A program made the position numbers and the translations under genes. Positions 25,177-40,493 of a stretch of DNA of 64,000 bases are shown here, piece by piece. The DNA is from Eledone cirrhosa (taxonomy: Eukaryota). The notes under the pieces are model-generated. The model was not told where the DNA came from, did no database searches, and saw only the letters and a program-made list of their open reading frames with translations. Where the stretch lies: positions 217,620,001 to 217,684,000 of the forward strand of contig OZ024743.1 of assembly GCA_964016885.1 (NCBI GenBank), given 5' to 3'. Each line of letters starts with the position of its first letter. The first letter of the stretch is position 1.

Positions 25177-25299
25177 TCCAGACGGCCGTTTCGTTATAAG
25201 ATTTCTACAATTTGTGATAAATAATTTCCAGGTTATGCAGAAACTTGTATACAATCCATAGTTTTATACACAAGCGGGTCTTATAAACTCATCAGTGGA
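25177..25299 (-). ncRNA. Type I hammerhead ribozyme with branched ~95 nt stem II
   Basis: TCCA-CTGATGA-GTTTATAAGA...TCTTATAAC-GAAA-CGGCCG-TC-TGGA. Internal hairpins CTTGTGTATA/TGTATACAAG and TTTCTGCA/TGTAGAAA. Confidence 0.9.
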
Positions 25300-25392
25300 T
25301 GCCCAAATAATATCGATATAAGAATTATATCGATATTAATAGAATGGTGATGGTCTCCCTCAGCGCTAAGAAGAGACTGGTAGATTAGAAAA

Positions 25393-25992
25393 TCATATAC
25401 AAGCAAGTTCACAGGTTGATTTTTTTAGTTTCAGAAGATCCAGTTAAAGGTGAAAGCAGTGATTCTTTGCTTAAACTTTAATATGTTATTTTAATAAATA
25501 TTTGCTCTACGGTTCTTATATATTTGATATATATTTATCCTTATCGAGCCCTCTTTGGATTTTAGTCTTCAAATTTATTATTATTATTACTATATATATA
25601 TGGCGGTGGATTGGCATATCAGTAGAGGGTCGGACGCTATCCAGCATAGTTACGTCCCTTTAGGATCTGAGTTCAAATCCCGCCGAGGTTGACTTTGCCT
25701 TTCATCCTTACGGGGTCGATAAAATAAAGTACCAGTAATGCACTGGTTAATTGCTGGCCTTGTGCCTAAAGTAGAAACAATTATTACTATATATAGTAAT
25801 AATAATAATAAATTTGAAGACTAAAATCCAAAGAGGGCTCGATAAGGATAAATATATATCAAATATATAAGAACTGTAGAGCAAATATTTATTAAAATAA
25901 CAGATTAAAGTTTAAGCAAAGAATCGCTGCTTTCACCCTTAACGGGATCTTCTGAAACTAAAAAAATCAATCTGTGAACTTGCTTGTATATG
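25393..25992. repeat. ~200 bp inverted repeat with a SINE family 1 copy (25602-25785, +) as the spacer; further partial copies at 24950-24986 and 26410-26495
   Basis: ATATACAAGCAAGTTCACAG...TTTTAGTCTTCAAATTTATTATT and its reverse complement flank the SINE. Confidence 0.9.
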
Positions 25993-26488
25993 TTATGGCG
26001 TATATATTATATATACTGGTACATGTGTGCATATGGTTATGTGTATACGTGAGTTCTGCGTCTGTGAGAGTGTGCGGGTTCGTACGTATGTAGGGTGTAT
26101 ATGTGTACTTTGTGTTTTGGTTGTCGTACGTATGTATACATATGTGAATTTACATGTAGGTATGTGTGTGCGCGTTATATATGTAATTATGTGTGTATAT
26201 TTATATACGTTTATATAATTATATGTATACACGCACACACACTCACATATATATATATATATATATATATAAATATATATTTGTTTATGTGTATTTGGTG
26301 TATCTTCGTTTTTATCCGTTCTTTGCCAGGCAACGTTTCCACGAACCAAAGTATCGTCTTCCTGTCTTCCTTCGGTTGCAACGTTTTTTTAAATATTCAC
26401 TTCTGCGTTCAGAGATTGATTTTTTTAGTTTCAGAAGATCCCGTCAAGGGTGAAAGCAACGATTATTTGCTTAAACTTTAATCTGTTA

Positions 26489-26558
<70 letters not shown>

Positions 26559-26563
<5 letters not shown>

Positions 26564-26740
26564 AAGTATGACCTCGACGGCAGGGCTCAAGCCGTTTCAA
26601 CGGCTATTTCTGGACTCCAGAAATAGTCGTCGAAACGGCTAGAGCTCTGCTGTCGGGGTCATACTTTTTCCTATTTCCCACTAAGTATTGAGTATTCTGG
26701 TGCGTTATAGTCCATCTGGTTCCTTACCACAATTCCTTTG

Positions 26741-26743
<3 letters not shown>
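26559..26743. mobile_element. HHR mini-element, family B; fold-back copy retaining only the 3' half of the ribozyme
   Basis: Hairpin 26560-26670 with GAAACGGCT..GTCGGGGTC on both arms; tail homologous to 46600-46682. Confidence 0.85.
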
Positions 26744-26778
<35 letters not shown>

Positions 26779-27014
26779 AGGTTCTTTTTGTAAATCTATG
26801 TGAATATATTACCATGAAAGACAAATGAGTCGGAGATTATTAAAAGGAAGTAGACTCTTCTACATAGTTTAAGAACGGGCGCAGAATTCTCTCCTACATA
26901 AAAGCGAAACGATATTCTGAAATGTAAATCTGTAGTCATCTATTGTTTGATCTTCCTTGTTGTAATGAGCTTAAGTATCTTTTGCATGTCTGAGGTCCTC
27001 CAGTCCAAGAGGAA

Positions 27015-27035
27015 CTACTACTACCACCACCACTT

Positions 27036-27106
<71 letters not shown>

Positions 27107-27137
27107 GCTGCTGCTGTTGCTGCTGCTGCTACTGCTG
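27015..27137. repeat. Compound (TAC)n/(CAC)n/(TGC)n microsatellite
   Basis: Direct trinucleotide runs. Confidence 0.95.
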
Positions 27138-28299
27138 TCGCATGATAGTAAGAGATGTTCATAAAAGTACTAATGGGAAAAATTTATAGTGAGAAAACAA
27201 ATATTTTGTTTAGTCTACTCAACTCTGATCTGGCAAACGTATGATTAGAAGCATATAAAACATATTGGTATGTGATGTCTCAATTTTAGTTTTGAGAGGC
27301 AATTTTAGTTTTGAGAGGTATCATTTGTCTAGCAGGAGGATACCGTCAGTTTTAGAATCGCTAGAATCTCCTATCTCCTCATTTAACACGACAGTTCTGT
27401 TTAAGGAAACATCGGGCTGCTATTTCTAGCTGCTCGAACGACCTCGCAAACGTCCCTTCACATGTTCGATGAAATACGATATAACGTGGGAGTTGAGCAA
27501 TCTAAATATTTAAGGTACTTTATTTTCTTGGCATAGGCATTTTTTTGTTTTATTGAAGTTCTAGCCCAAAACTTTTCTTCTACGATGCTTTAGTTGAATA
27601 GTTTCTGCAAATGTTATTTGGGAGTGACAACAAACCAGTAATTTGACATGCTTAATGCGATGAGATGCAGCACAAAGTTATACCCAATTGTTAACCGAAT
27701 AGAATACGATAAAAGGAAATGGAAAGGTGTAAGCGAAGAAACGTTATTGCTAATAATAGGGTTTTTCACGTAAATCTCGATAAAATGCTCTCATGCTCAT
27801 GGCATATCATTACAACAAAATAATGCCCGGTAATATAGCGTGACCCATCTTGTCAGAAATCTCTAAAAGTTGAGTCAACAGAGCCGTGAAATGAATCGAC
27901 AAAAAAAAACAAAAAACAGTTTAGAATTGATAGAGTTAGAGAATCTGGTGTAACACGAATTTTGCAGTGGACATTACTCCCAGAGTAAGGGGGATGCGGT
28001 ACATGTGCCACTAGGACCACGTTTATTTTGTTGGTGCTGGAATTCAGAAAGATAGCAGGTTTGTTGAAAATGGCGCACCAAAAGAGTTTCATTACGGATA
28101 AGACATTGGATCCCCTAAAAAGAGAATGGAGAATGTTCAGCTAGATATAAATTGGTGATGTTAGCTTCACCTATACCTCCTTTTAGCTGAGTGTGTCGGT
28201 TGATTTGGTAATCGAGAGATGAGAAGCCATGCCATAACGTTGTTCAAACATACCAAAGTATAATTAATCCCAGTCAACAAAGACGGTACCAGCTATACT

Positions 28300-28800
28300 G
28301 TGAAAATGTGGCGAAATCATTTTAAATTCTAATCGACATCGGCATTCAATCGTGCAAGTTGTATGTTTGTTCAAAGAACTATTTGAAAATAGGATCATAT
28401 ACGCTGGCTGAGGCATCAAAGAATGTAAACGATTCAAGCTTGCTAGTGTGTTACATTTGGGATGCAGTCTTCTTCCGACGCCGATATACGAATTCGAATT
28501 CTGATCAAAATTGAACAAAATTTGGAGTCAACCTTACACAATCGCATGACTGAATATCAGCGTTTGGTGAATTTGAAGCCCGACACTTGAGCGAGGCAAT
28601 TTTGTCCATGCTGTGCCAAGAATGTAGAAGCCGAGACCTACTCTCACTCCAACACTGATCGCAAAACATCCTTCTGTATGCTGGAAATGCGGAGAAAATA
28701 ACTTTGTGAAATTTTCTCCATTCAGAAGATATGGTAGATATTCACGTTATGGACACAAAGAGAATCGTTGCTATGTTCGAAGGTACCACGTTCTCGACAC
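28300..28800 (+). mobile_element. Possible degenerate LINE ORF1 with zinc-knuckle remnants
   Basis: VCWKCGEN at ~28676 and YGRYSRYGHKENRC (CX2CX4HX4C spacing, Cys replaced by Tyr). Confidence 0.3.
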
Positions 28801-30354
28801 CTGGTTCAAAACAAGTAATAAATGTTCTGTACCAGATGATGTGTGTCGTTTTGGAGTCGATTTTGTTAGAACTACTTATGGAAACATTCGACTTGATCAA
28901 ACGGAAAATTCAAAACACTCGGTGGACCGGGTTGTAGTTCAAAGAACAGGTCGGCGCAGATTTCCGTTGCGAACTTTGCGGGTAAACCCAGAGCTCAGAA
29001 CATATAACGAAGCTTCAACGGGGCGAGATGATGCGAGGCTAAGGACGCAAAATTCGAACTCAAAACGTTCGGTGGACTAAAGTGAAGGTTGACAACCGAT
29101 TGAAGAAAATCAACCATTCAGAATACAATGTAGTTTTCAGTTATATAAGGTTACTTGGGCGAGTAGACAAATGAGAAGAATCCGTTTATATATGTTAATT
29201 GTTATCGCTATAAATGTACGCACTGTGTATGTTATTGTTAGAGACAGTGTACACGAGTGACGGGATTATACAAACTTTTCTGCACGTTCCAGCCTTTCTC
29301 AATACAACTGGTGGAGCAGCATTTCAGCAAATATTTTCAACGGGAATATCACCATCATTGCAGTATTGTGTGCAGGGGTGTTGTGTCTATATATACACAC
29401 ATATGAAATATATCAATTATATCCTCCAATATACCAATCCGTATAACATTTTTTATTCATTTGTTTTTCTATGCATCTACTTTTATTTTGCTTAGTTCTC
29501 CATCCATCAGTTCATCTATCCACCTTTCACCCAATCTTTATTTAAGCGCAAGCTATTCTGAAAAGTAAATTCTATATTTGAAGCAGCAGCAGGCCGTGGT
29601 AGTAATAGTAGAAAATGATGATGATGGAGATGATGATGATGATAAATATTTCAAATGAAAGGAATTCAGATAGCTAAGAAAGCAGCCAAGCACAAAAGAC
29701 ATAAAGAAATAAATAGAAAGAAAAAAAGAAAATTGAAAGATGCAAATAAAGGAAAAAAGCGTAAAAGAAACAAGCAATAAAGAAATAACAAATGCAGAGA
29801 AGGAAAGAGGGTAAAGAGAATATGATCTAAAACGTAACGATAACTCTAGCGGAAATAACACATGAATAATAATAATATATATTACACCGTTTGTTTGTTA
29901 TTTAATGTGAATATTCTGAGATGTAATTTATTGCCCTTTCATTTATTTATGTTTAATTGCTTTAGAAAGTTGGCTTCTTTCGTTATATATTTATTATTTT
30001 CTACCTCTCGCCTATACTACACCTTTACCTCACAGAATCTACATTTTGACATTTCTACGACTTTATTATTCTAAAAACATCTTTTTTTAAAAACAGTATG
30101 TTTTTTACATATTTGTTTATTTAATTAGTTTTATTTAGTTTTCTGTTTTATTTTCTTCTGCTTGTATGTATTAAAACAGACCCAGCACCACTTTAGAAAG
30201 ATTTAATGAAAAAAATAAGTTGTTTACCAATATATCCAACTAAACTTCATCCATTTACATGAATTATTTGTTTCTCTTCATTCGTACTAACTTTGTCATA
30301 GCCTTCAAAATATAATAATAATAATTATAATCTTCATCAGTACTAGGAACAACA

Positions 30355-30391
30355 GAAGCAGCAGCAGTAGCAGTACTAGTTGTAGTATTGA

Positions 30392-30468
<77 letters not shown>
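30355..30468. repeat. (TAG)n/(CAG)n microsatellite
   Basis: Direct trinucleotide runs. Confidence 0.95.
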
Positions 30469-31167
30469 TTTTAAAGCGTGTTTTCTCCGCGCAGTCGAAT
30501 GCTATGTATATCTTAGACACGTATAGTGCAGTGCATTAATATTCTGTTCCAGTGAATATCTTCTATGAAATATGTGCTGTGCCTAGAAAAAAAAGCTCAC
30601 ACTTAGGTTTTGCAACTACCACACAAAAGAAGGTAGTAAATGAAGAAATATACTAACGAATATACTCTAAAAGCGAAACATTGAAAATATCATTCGAGAG
30701 AAGTTGAAATACATATCAATCTAAATCTGGAGGATGCAATACCGAATGCACGAAAGCAGAGAGATATCAATACAATCCAAGACATTAGCACCGTATAAAG
30801 GTGCCGGAATATAAGTGGCTTCCAAATTGTCTCTGAACCATATGCAATGGAGCTGGTGTGGTTGTGTTTGAATATATCGGTTCGTCAGTGCTAATTTGAT
30901 AGACGCGTCAATGGTACAGTCAGCAACGTGGTCATGTGGTAGATGAGTTGTTCCTCATCCTATATATATCTTTCCCTGAGTTCAGTCTTTTTCGTTGCTA
31001 TGGCAATGCGGCTGGACTGCCGGTCGCTATATTTGATTTGCAAAGCTGTCTAAACGTATTGTTATAACTCAGGGTATTATTCTCCATCGAGTGCTGAAGC
31101 TAAATTCCGAATCTGCATTCGTTATCTTAGCCGCAGCCTAAAGCATCGTTAATGCTGTACTAAAATT

Positions 31168-31226
<59 letters not shown>

Positions 31227-31846
31227 AAAGAGACAGAGAATGTTTCCAAAAATGTATACACATATTTGTTAGAATGCTGTTGAACTATGTATATATTTTT
31301 GGGCGACACCTTCTATATATATATCATGTGTATGTGTGTGATTTATGAAAAATTGGAAAAAAATGTTTAATGTGTGTGTCCCAACTGAGGAGATGATAAT
31401 GGTCGGTCACAAACAAATATTTGTGAAAATCAGAAACGGTACCATTGAAGACGGAATGAAGTGAACTGAGGCTCCTGCGAAAATTTGAACTTCTCATCTT
31501 TCAGATGACGTGGTAGAGCAAAAGCGCCGCGAGCCAGCAATTCCGACTTTTTACATGTAGCTGTGTCGAACAGCTTTTTTAATTTACAGATGCGAGGTTT
31601 GATAACTTGCATGCTACTCTCTCCATGTTTGTCTGTCTCCAAGGGGTTTACTTAATTCCCTCAACTATTATTTATAATGGTATACTATTATATTCGTTTC
31701 TGTTCGGTTGCACGCATTTCAAATATATGTAATGTGTTAGTGTATGGGTGTATAGTGTGTATATATATAATATATATATACTCAAGGGCTGTGCCCCAGC
31801 ATGGCCTCAGCCGGATGGCTGGAAGAGGTAAAAGAGTAAAAGAGTA

Positions 31847-31880
<34 letters not shown>

Positions 31881-31883
<3 letters not shown>

Positions 31884-31957
31884 GGTATCCAAAATATGTA
31901 TATACACTTCAAAAACGTTATAATAAATATGCGTATACATTTTGGGAGGACACCCTG
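31881..31957. mobile_element. Tiny Tc1/mariner-type MITE; degenerate relative at ~31240-31313
   Basis: TA-CAGGGTATCCAAAATATGTATA ... TATACATTTTGGGAGGACACCCTG-TA. Confidence 0.7.
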
Positions 31958-33048
31958 TATATACATTGTCGCCTTAATAAAATAAATATTTAAACTGCTT
32001 CGGTATTGAGTAGACTTTTCTCTTTAGCCATCAACTACATACAGATTTATGTATATATATATATATATATATATATTTATGTGTGTGTGTGTGTGTGTGT
32101 TTGTGTTTGTGTGTGCGAAATATATTGGGTTAGCGCTGAATGATCATTTCATTTCTTCACAATTTTTTTCTCCCTTAAAGTCAAATATTTCTAGAATTTT
32201 GCGTATGTCATAAATTGTATAATTCCATTAGAAATCTAATTGTCTCACATGTAAATATATAGAGAACATTAAACACGGAGGGAGAGATCGACCGAGATAA
32301 TAGAACGGACAGAATAAGGACAAATAAAAAGGATGGTTAGTGAGAGAATGAAGCACCCAGATTACAGTGTGTGGATGTATTACCGACTAACTGACCATCT
32401 CAAAATTACACTTCTTTCACCTACTCGTTTTTTGTTGTGCCTCCCTCAACCACCAACGCGACCTGCTCCACTACAGAATGGAAGACGTATTTGGAGCTAC
32501 GCGTTATCTCATTTCGACTGTAATCTAACAGTAATATAAAAAAATAAGAATATATTCAAGAATAATGATAGGAGAAGGGGGAAAGCAGAGGAAAAGACGA
32601 ATGAGACGAAGTGGGGCGAGAATGAAAAAGAGGTTAAGAAATGAAAAATGGGAATGGGTAGTAGAGGGGTTAAAAACATTTGTATTCCAGTCGACCATCT
32701 GTTCAAGTGACACTCGTGACAACTGGCATAGTAAAACACTAAATTCAAATAAAATCATTATTTATTCATTTCTTCATTCGTTTGTCATGTTTATATGTTA
32801 TTATTTGTGGTTAATGATTTCCTATGCTGTTCTTTTGTTTTGTTAAAGGACATTTCAATAATTAAATAGATAGATAGATAAGTTAATAAATATAATAAAA
32901 ACGAGCTCACATTCACGAACTAAATGTCCTGCCATGTAAACTTCCTATTCACTGACCAACGTTGAAGGATTACACAATATACACACTTCGTCGTTCTGTC
33001 GTTAAAAAACAAAATACACCAGATAGGCGATATATATTTACAATTTCC

Positions 33049-33988
<940 letters not shown>

Positions 33989-33998
33989 TATATATACA

Positions 33999-34260
33999 TA
34001 TAATTGAATATAAAAGAGAGATAAACACAGATATAAACATACATGTGTTCAAATTGTAAGGGACCAAGTTCGCTAGGGTGAAAAAAACACTAACTATCAC
34101 AATATTTTTCACCCTAGCGAGCTTGGCCCCTTAACATTTGAACGCATGTATGTTTATATCTGTGTTTATCTCTTTTTTATATTCAATTATACTACACGGC
34201 TCAGAAAAACTTTTTTCTTTGAGCTATTTAATTGCAAGAGACTATTTTGAGTTTCTTCTT
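33999..34260. repeat. Fold-back element: ~85 bp inverted arms plus tail
   Basis: ATAATTGAATATAAAAG...GCTAGGGTGAAAAA / TTTTTCACCCTAGC...TTTTATATTCAATTAT. Confidence 0.85.
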
Positions 34261-34291
34261 ATTATTATAAATTATTATTATTATAAATGAA

Positions 34292-34486
34292 GGGCGGTGG
34301 ATTGGCAGTATCGGTAGAGAGTCGGACGCCATGCTTTCCAGTATAGTTACGTCCCTTTGCGATCTGAGTTCAAATCCCGCCGAGGTTGACTTTGCCTTTC
34401 ATCCTTACGGGGTCGAGGAAATAAAGTACCAGTAACGCACTGGGTAATTGCTGGCCTTGTGCCTAAAGTAGAAACAATTATTATTA
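34292..34486 (+). mobile_element. Full-length SINE family 1
   Basis: GGCGGTGGATTGGCAGTATCGGTAG (A-box), GTTCAAATCC (B-box), (ATT)n tail. Confidence 0.93.
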
Positions 34487-34509
34487 TAAATGTTATTATT
34501 ATTATTATT

Positions 34510-34770
34510 ATTATTATAAATGTAAGCTCTCGCCGTATTTTGACTAAAGAAATTAAAGAAATTATTTAGCCTGATAGTGGGGTTAAGAACTCTCTCGTAG
34601 AAATGGAAAAAGATGAGTATTGACATCAATACTCATCTTTTTCCATTTCTTCGAGGGTTCGTAACCCCACTATCAGGCTAAATAATTTCTTTAATTTCTT
34701 TAGTCAAAATACAGCGAGAGATTACATTTATATTAATTTCAAACCCGCTCGCTGTTTCGAAAATATTATT

Positions 34771-34775
<5 letters not shown>
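34510..34775. mobile_element. Fold-back mini-element, family C
   Basis: ~105 bp arms around 34620-34630; contains TAGCCTGATAGTGGGGTT..AGAAATGGAAAA.GATGAGT as at 23180. Confidence 0.85.
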
Positions 34776-34811
<36 letters not shown>

Positions 34812-34831
34812 TTTCATTTATTAACATTTTG

Positions 34832-34927
<96 letters not shown>

Positions 34928-34963
34928 TATTCAAAATGTTAATAAATGAAAAGAAAAATAATT

Positions 34964-35046
34964 TCATATCAAAATATGTATTTTATTATACATATTTCAA
35001 AGGTACAATGGTGTTTAAGTACGTGTTCATCAGACAAAATATATGA
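34964..35046 (-). ncRNA. Degenerate type I hammerhead candidate in fold-back element 34925-35240
   Basis: CTGATGA-ACACGTAC..GTACCTTT-GAAA-TATGTAT(AATAAA)ATACATA-TT. Proximal stem I is mismatched; distal TCATAT/ATATGA pairs. Confidence 0.5.
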
Positions 35047-35237
35047 TTTGATATGTGACATACCGCTACGGTTTTGATAATTCAATTCCAGTACTGACTG
35101 CCAATACTGGAATATTTTTCATTTATTAACATTTTGAATAATATTAAAAGCTCTAGGAAAATATTTGTTGAGTGCTTCTAATCTATTGTAATATTGTATT
35201 CTTTGAGTAATCAACGAACCATATTAATCTTTGGTTA

Positions 35238-35310
<73 letters not shown>

Positions 35311-35950
35311 GGAGGATCATTGTGTGTTGCCTTGAGAAGTTCATTTCTGTGACCTATCGAGATAATTTTACGGAGAGCCGGAATATTATTTAAACCCTCA
35401 CAAGTACCATTGAATCAATATGATAGAAGCAACTCAAGCGATGATTCATATATGTATGATTTTTTGCAGTTCGCTACATCAAGTTGAACGCCCGCATAGT
35501 AAAACGTAATAGAGACCCACTAATACCACTAATAGATAAAGAACACTTTGAAGAAGAGTGAGATCAATCCCTTAATAATGGAATGCACCGTTACGCACAC
35601 TTTGCGCTATCGCTTTTGGAGAATCGGGGATTTAAAATATGAAGGAGAAATGCACAGAACCCGACGATGGAAAGGAGGAAAAGAGACATAGAAGAAACAT
35701 AGGTACCTGTAACTTCTACGAGAGTGCTGCACATTATGGATTGAGATATACATCAAATATTTTCAAGTTGAAGGAGACGACAGGTACCAGCGGAATCGTT
35801 GGACAGCCGTAAGGAAGTAAGATTGTGCAATTCACTTCCTATTATGTAGGTATTCTGTCAAAGTATTTATATCACAGAATGTATATGTATTTGTAGTAAA
35901 GATAGCGGCAGAGATAGAGAGCGAGAGAGAGATAGAGAGTGAGAGAGAGA

Positions 35951-36028
<78 letters not shown>

Positions 36029-36754
36029 AATGAGGAAGCATAGATGCTAGACAAGTGAATATCAGAATATTTAATGCAAGTAGTTGAAAAATTAGAATAA
36101 ATAGAAATTGATGGAAAGTAGCATATATATATTATTGCCACCACACTACTAAATCTATATCAGTATACTCTGTTCCTGAAACTTATTTCACTTATCATTG
36201 AATAAAATAATTCTTGGTACGTGATTACACTGCCATAGATGCACAAAACATCTTGTGGTAGTGTGATTTCACAAATCTATTGGTACGGATGTATGTGTAT
36301 ATATATATATATATATATATACAGCCCCGTAATTGTAGAGCTAACACAGTTGAAAGGACTCGGCTGCTATTTCTAGTTGTCGATAATCCTATTCACGCCA
36401 CTTGGATGACGCTGGTACGATGTGTGTAGTTTTAAAAATGCAACACGTTCGACGGGTCATTCGCAGATTTGCATTTGCTGTGTAAACACAGATAGTTAAA
36501 TCTTCTCCCTTGTTGAAAATCCATGATTTGACTACTGTGAGTTTACGGATTAATGGTGAAATATATTTCTTTAATGAAATATATACAAGGAAGATTAATC
36601 ATTTTAAAAGGTATCTATATTTGAAGTTCTAGATAGTTAAACTTTAATTAGTTACCTACCTAGCTGTGTGTGATTACACACTTTACAAATTATCCCCTGT
36701 GACTGTTTCATGTGTTTATTTTAGATATATTTATATGTATATCAATTTCTAGTT

Positions 36755-37246
<492 letters not shown>

Positions 37247-37375
37247 GACTAGTACGCCGTGTCCACAGTAAATTCCAGATTGCGGTCGGGCTACTATATT
37301 TACACACTACTAGCCCAAGTGTAGAGTACTCTACTGAATAAGGGGCTTACTAGTTTAACACAGGCATAATCCTGA

Positions 37376-37495
<120 letters not shown>

Positions 37496-37915
37496 TACGG
37501 TCGATTCTAATTCGTAATCGTACCCACAATATTTTGACTCATCAGCAAAGTATACATTCACCGTATCGTACCTGAATTGTAAAGAAACACATCCTTAAGT
37601 ATATAAACAGGAATATATATTTATTGCCGTAGAAAATTTAGAATTCTTCAAAAATTATATATCTCTGGGAAGTATTTGTTTTCTCAATATAAGTTAATTC
37701 GTATTTTGGGACAAGAATTAGCTATTTATGGTTATTATATAATATTTAGTTTCCTTTTTTAATAAAATGATAAAATATAGTAAATTGCTAGGTTTCTATC
37801 ATATATGTAAATTATTTTCAAACATTTTTTTCAGAGGCATTTGTGTCTTACGACTTTAGATTTCATCTTCTTAGATTTCTTGAATTGAAAGTTGGAAACG
37901 CACACACAAATGTGA

Positions 37916-38063
<148 letters not shown>

Positions 38064-38337
38064 ATGTTACAAGTTGATGCGTACTTAATGTATATTATAG
38101 TATATATAGATTGATCGATATATTTATTAATGCAAACACGTATGCATTTTTATTTGTATGCAGCTTCATAATATTTTATTATTATCACATGCATTGGTTG
38201 TATCGTGAATTATTTGTCCTACAAATGTAAAGCTTTAAAATATCTTTCGTGCCTGCCATATAGTATATTTAAGAGTGAGAGAGAATGGCTAGGATATTAA
38301 AAGTGATAGACAGATACCAATATAGATGGATACATAA

Positions 38338-38389
<52 letters not shown>

Positions 38390-38413
38390 GGAGAGAGATG
38401 GGGGTGATATAGG

Positions 38414-38456
<43 letters not shown>

Positions 38457-40397
38457 TGTGTGTGTGTGTGTGTATGTGTGTGTGTGTGTTAGCATTACAT
38501 CTTCATAGAATGATTTTATTTTTTGTGTCGTTTTGGGCTTTGATTTCCAGAAACTAAACACCATTGTGCGGATGAGATTTCCTTTCTAATTTGAATTCAT
38601 GCGCGTTGATGAATTATGCTACATTGACTCAGCAGTGACCAAATATCCGCTTCAAATGCTACAATTTGCATCAATTTACTCTATATAATTACGTTAATAA
38701 TTCTCATGTTTGTTTTCAATTTGGTGTATGACAATCTAGTAGCAAGATAACTTCTTAACTGATATGACTTATTTAGAATTAATACACAGCGAAACGTACC
38801 AACACATTTGTAAGTGTATGAATGCATGTATATATGTGTGTATGCGTGTGTATGTGGGTGTTTATTCGTAGTAAATTGGAAAATGGGATTGCAAAGTCGA
38901 ATGATTTCTATATTCAAGCTCGAAGCTTTTCAGAGCCACACCAGCGTTTGAAAAATTGGTTACAATGTCAGAATATTTTTCTTTTTATATAGTAAATATT
39001 TCATAAGTCAGGGATTGTGAGATGAAATTGAAGCAATGACATCACGGAAAAACATTTCAGCCATTGAATAATTCAATCTGTCATATTTATTTGTTATTGT
39101 GAATGGTTAAATATTTTTGCTAGTCATTTAAGTGTTTCTTAATAACGTAAAATACTTTATATATACATAGAACAAATGATAGACATATATATCGACAGAA
39201 ATTATTATGAAAATACACATATATATTTGTGATCTATTGTTTAGGAATGAAAAAAAGAAGAAATACAGTTGAAGATTGTAATTACCAATGGAATATATAT
39301 TGCTAGGGAGAATGATGGCGAGGCAACGAACGGTGGAGAAACCAACAAATAGTAACGGTTAGAGAGACAAATATAGACCAACAAGATAGATTGGAAAAAA
39401 ACATTGAGAAAACTGTGCACCATATAGGCAAACAAATGTGAGAATTACAATCCTTCTAGTATTGAAACTCAGGATATTATTAACTCCTCCAACTACTGTA
39501 CTGTCTAACTGTTATGTTTTTCCTAACAACTGAAATGAGAACACAAAAAATATGTAAGTGAATATATATTGAAACAGTGACCCTTTGGCTATCATTGCTT
39601 CAATATATGTTTCAACGCGACCAAAAAATTACAAATCTCTCCTCTATATTTATATAGAATAAAGACTTCAAAATGTTCTGAATGCTCTGATTGGGCAATA
39701 GGTGATTCGCCCAATGTATGATACTAGTTTTGACCAATCTATTTTACATGCCAAATATTCACATATCTGCCTTTTTACCGAGTGGATTATTTTACATTAG
39801 TAGAAAAACAATGACTTTGTCTTACTTGATAGTTTGAAGGTGATCATTTCGATTCTCATATGTGGACTTACTGATATTAACTAAGGCTGGAACATTCGGA
39901 TAGCAGCATCCCTGAAGTAATCGGCCAATTATGAAACTAAATAGACAGCTTGTGTACTTTGGGCATTCCACGATGAAATGTCTTATTAATATCGGCCAGC
40001 AAATAGGAACAATTTAAGCACATGGGCTAACTGCTTTATCGACAATGTTGATGTGTGTTTACGGTTTTAAGTGGTGTACCCAACACTATGTAATAAATAT
40101 AGGGGATTTGACAGAAGCACTGCTAACACTTTCCACGTCCTCATTAAAGAATACTCTTACGATAATGATTCTTCTGTTAGAAATATCTAGAGAGAAGTCA
40201 TATCAAGGATATCATGGTCGTACACAGAAACATATAGAATGTTAGAATTTTGAATATTAAAAACATTATTCTTAATATATAGTATTAAATCGCTCTATTA
40301 AAATCTAACAAGATTTGCCTGGTTGGGGAAAAAATAAAAATTGTTAATCGAGACATATAACCAGATAAATGTATAAAAATAAAAGAAAAAAAAGAAG

Positions 40398-40493
<96 letters not shown>

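Noticed and set aside
37500-37555. Minus-strand CTGATGAGTC
   Set aside because: Followed by GAAT, with no stem III or stem I partner.
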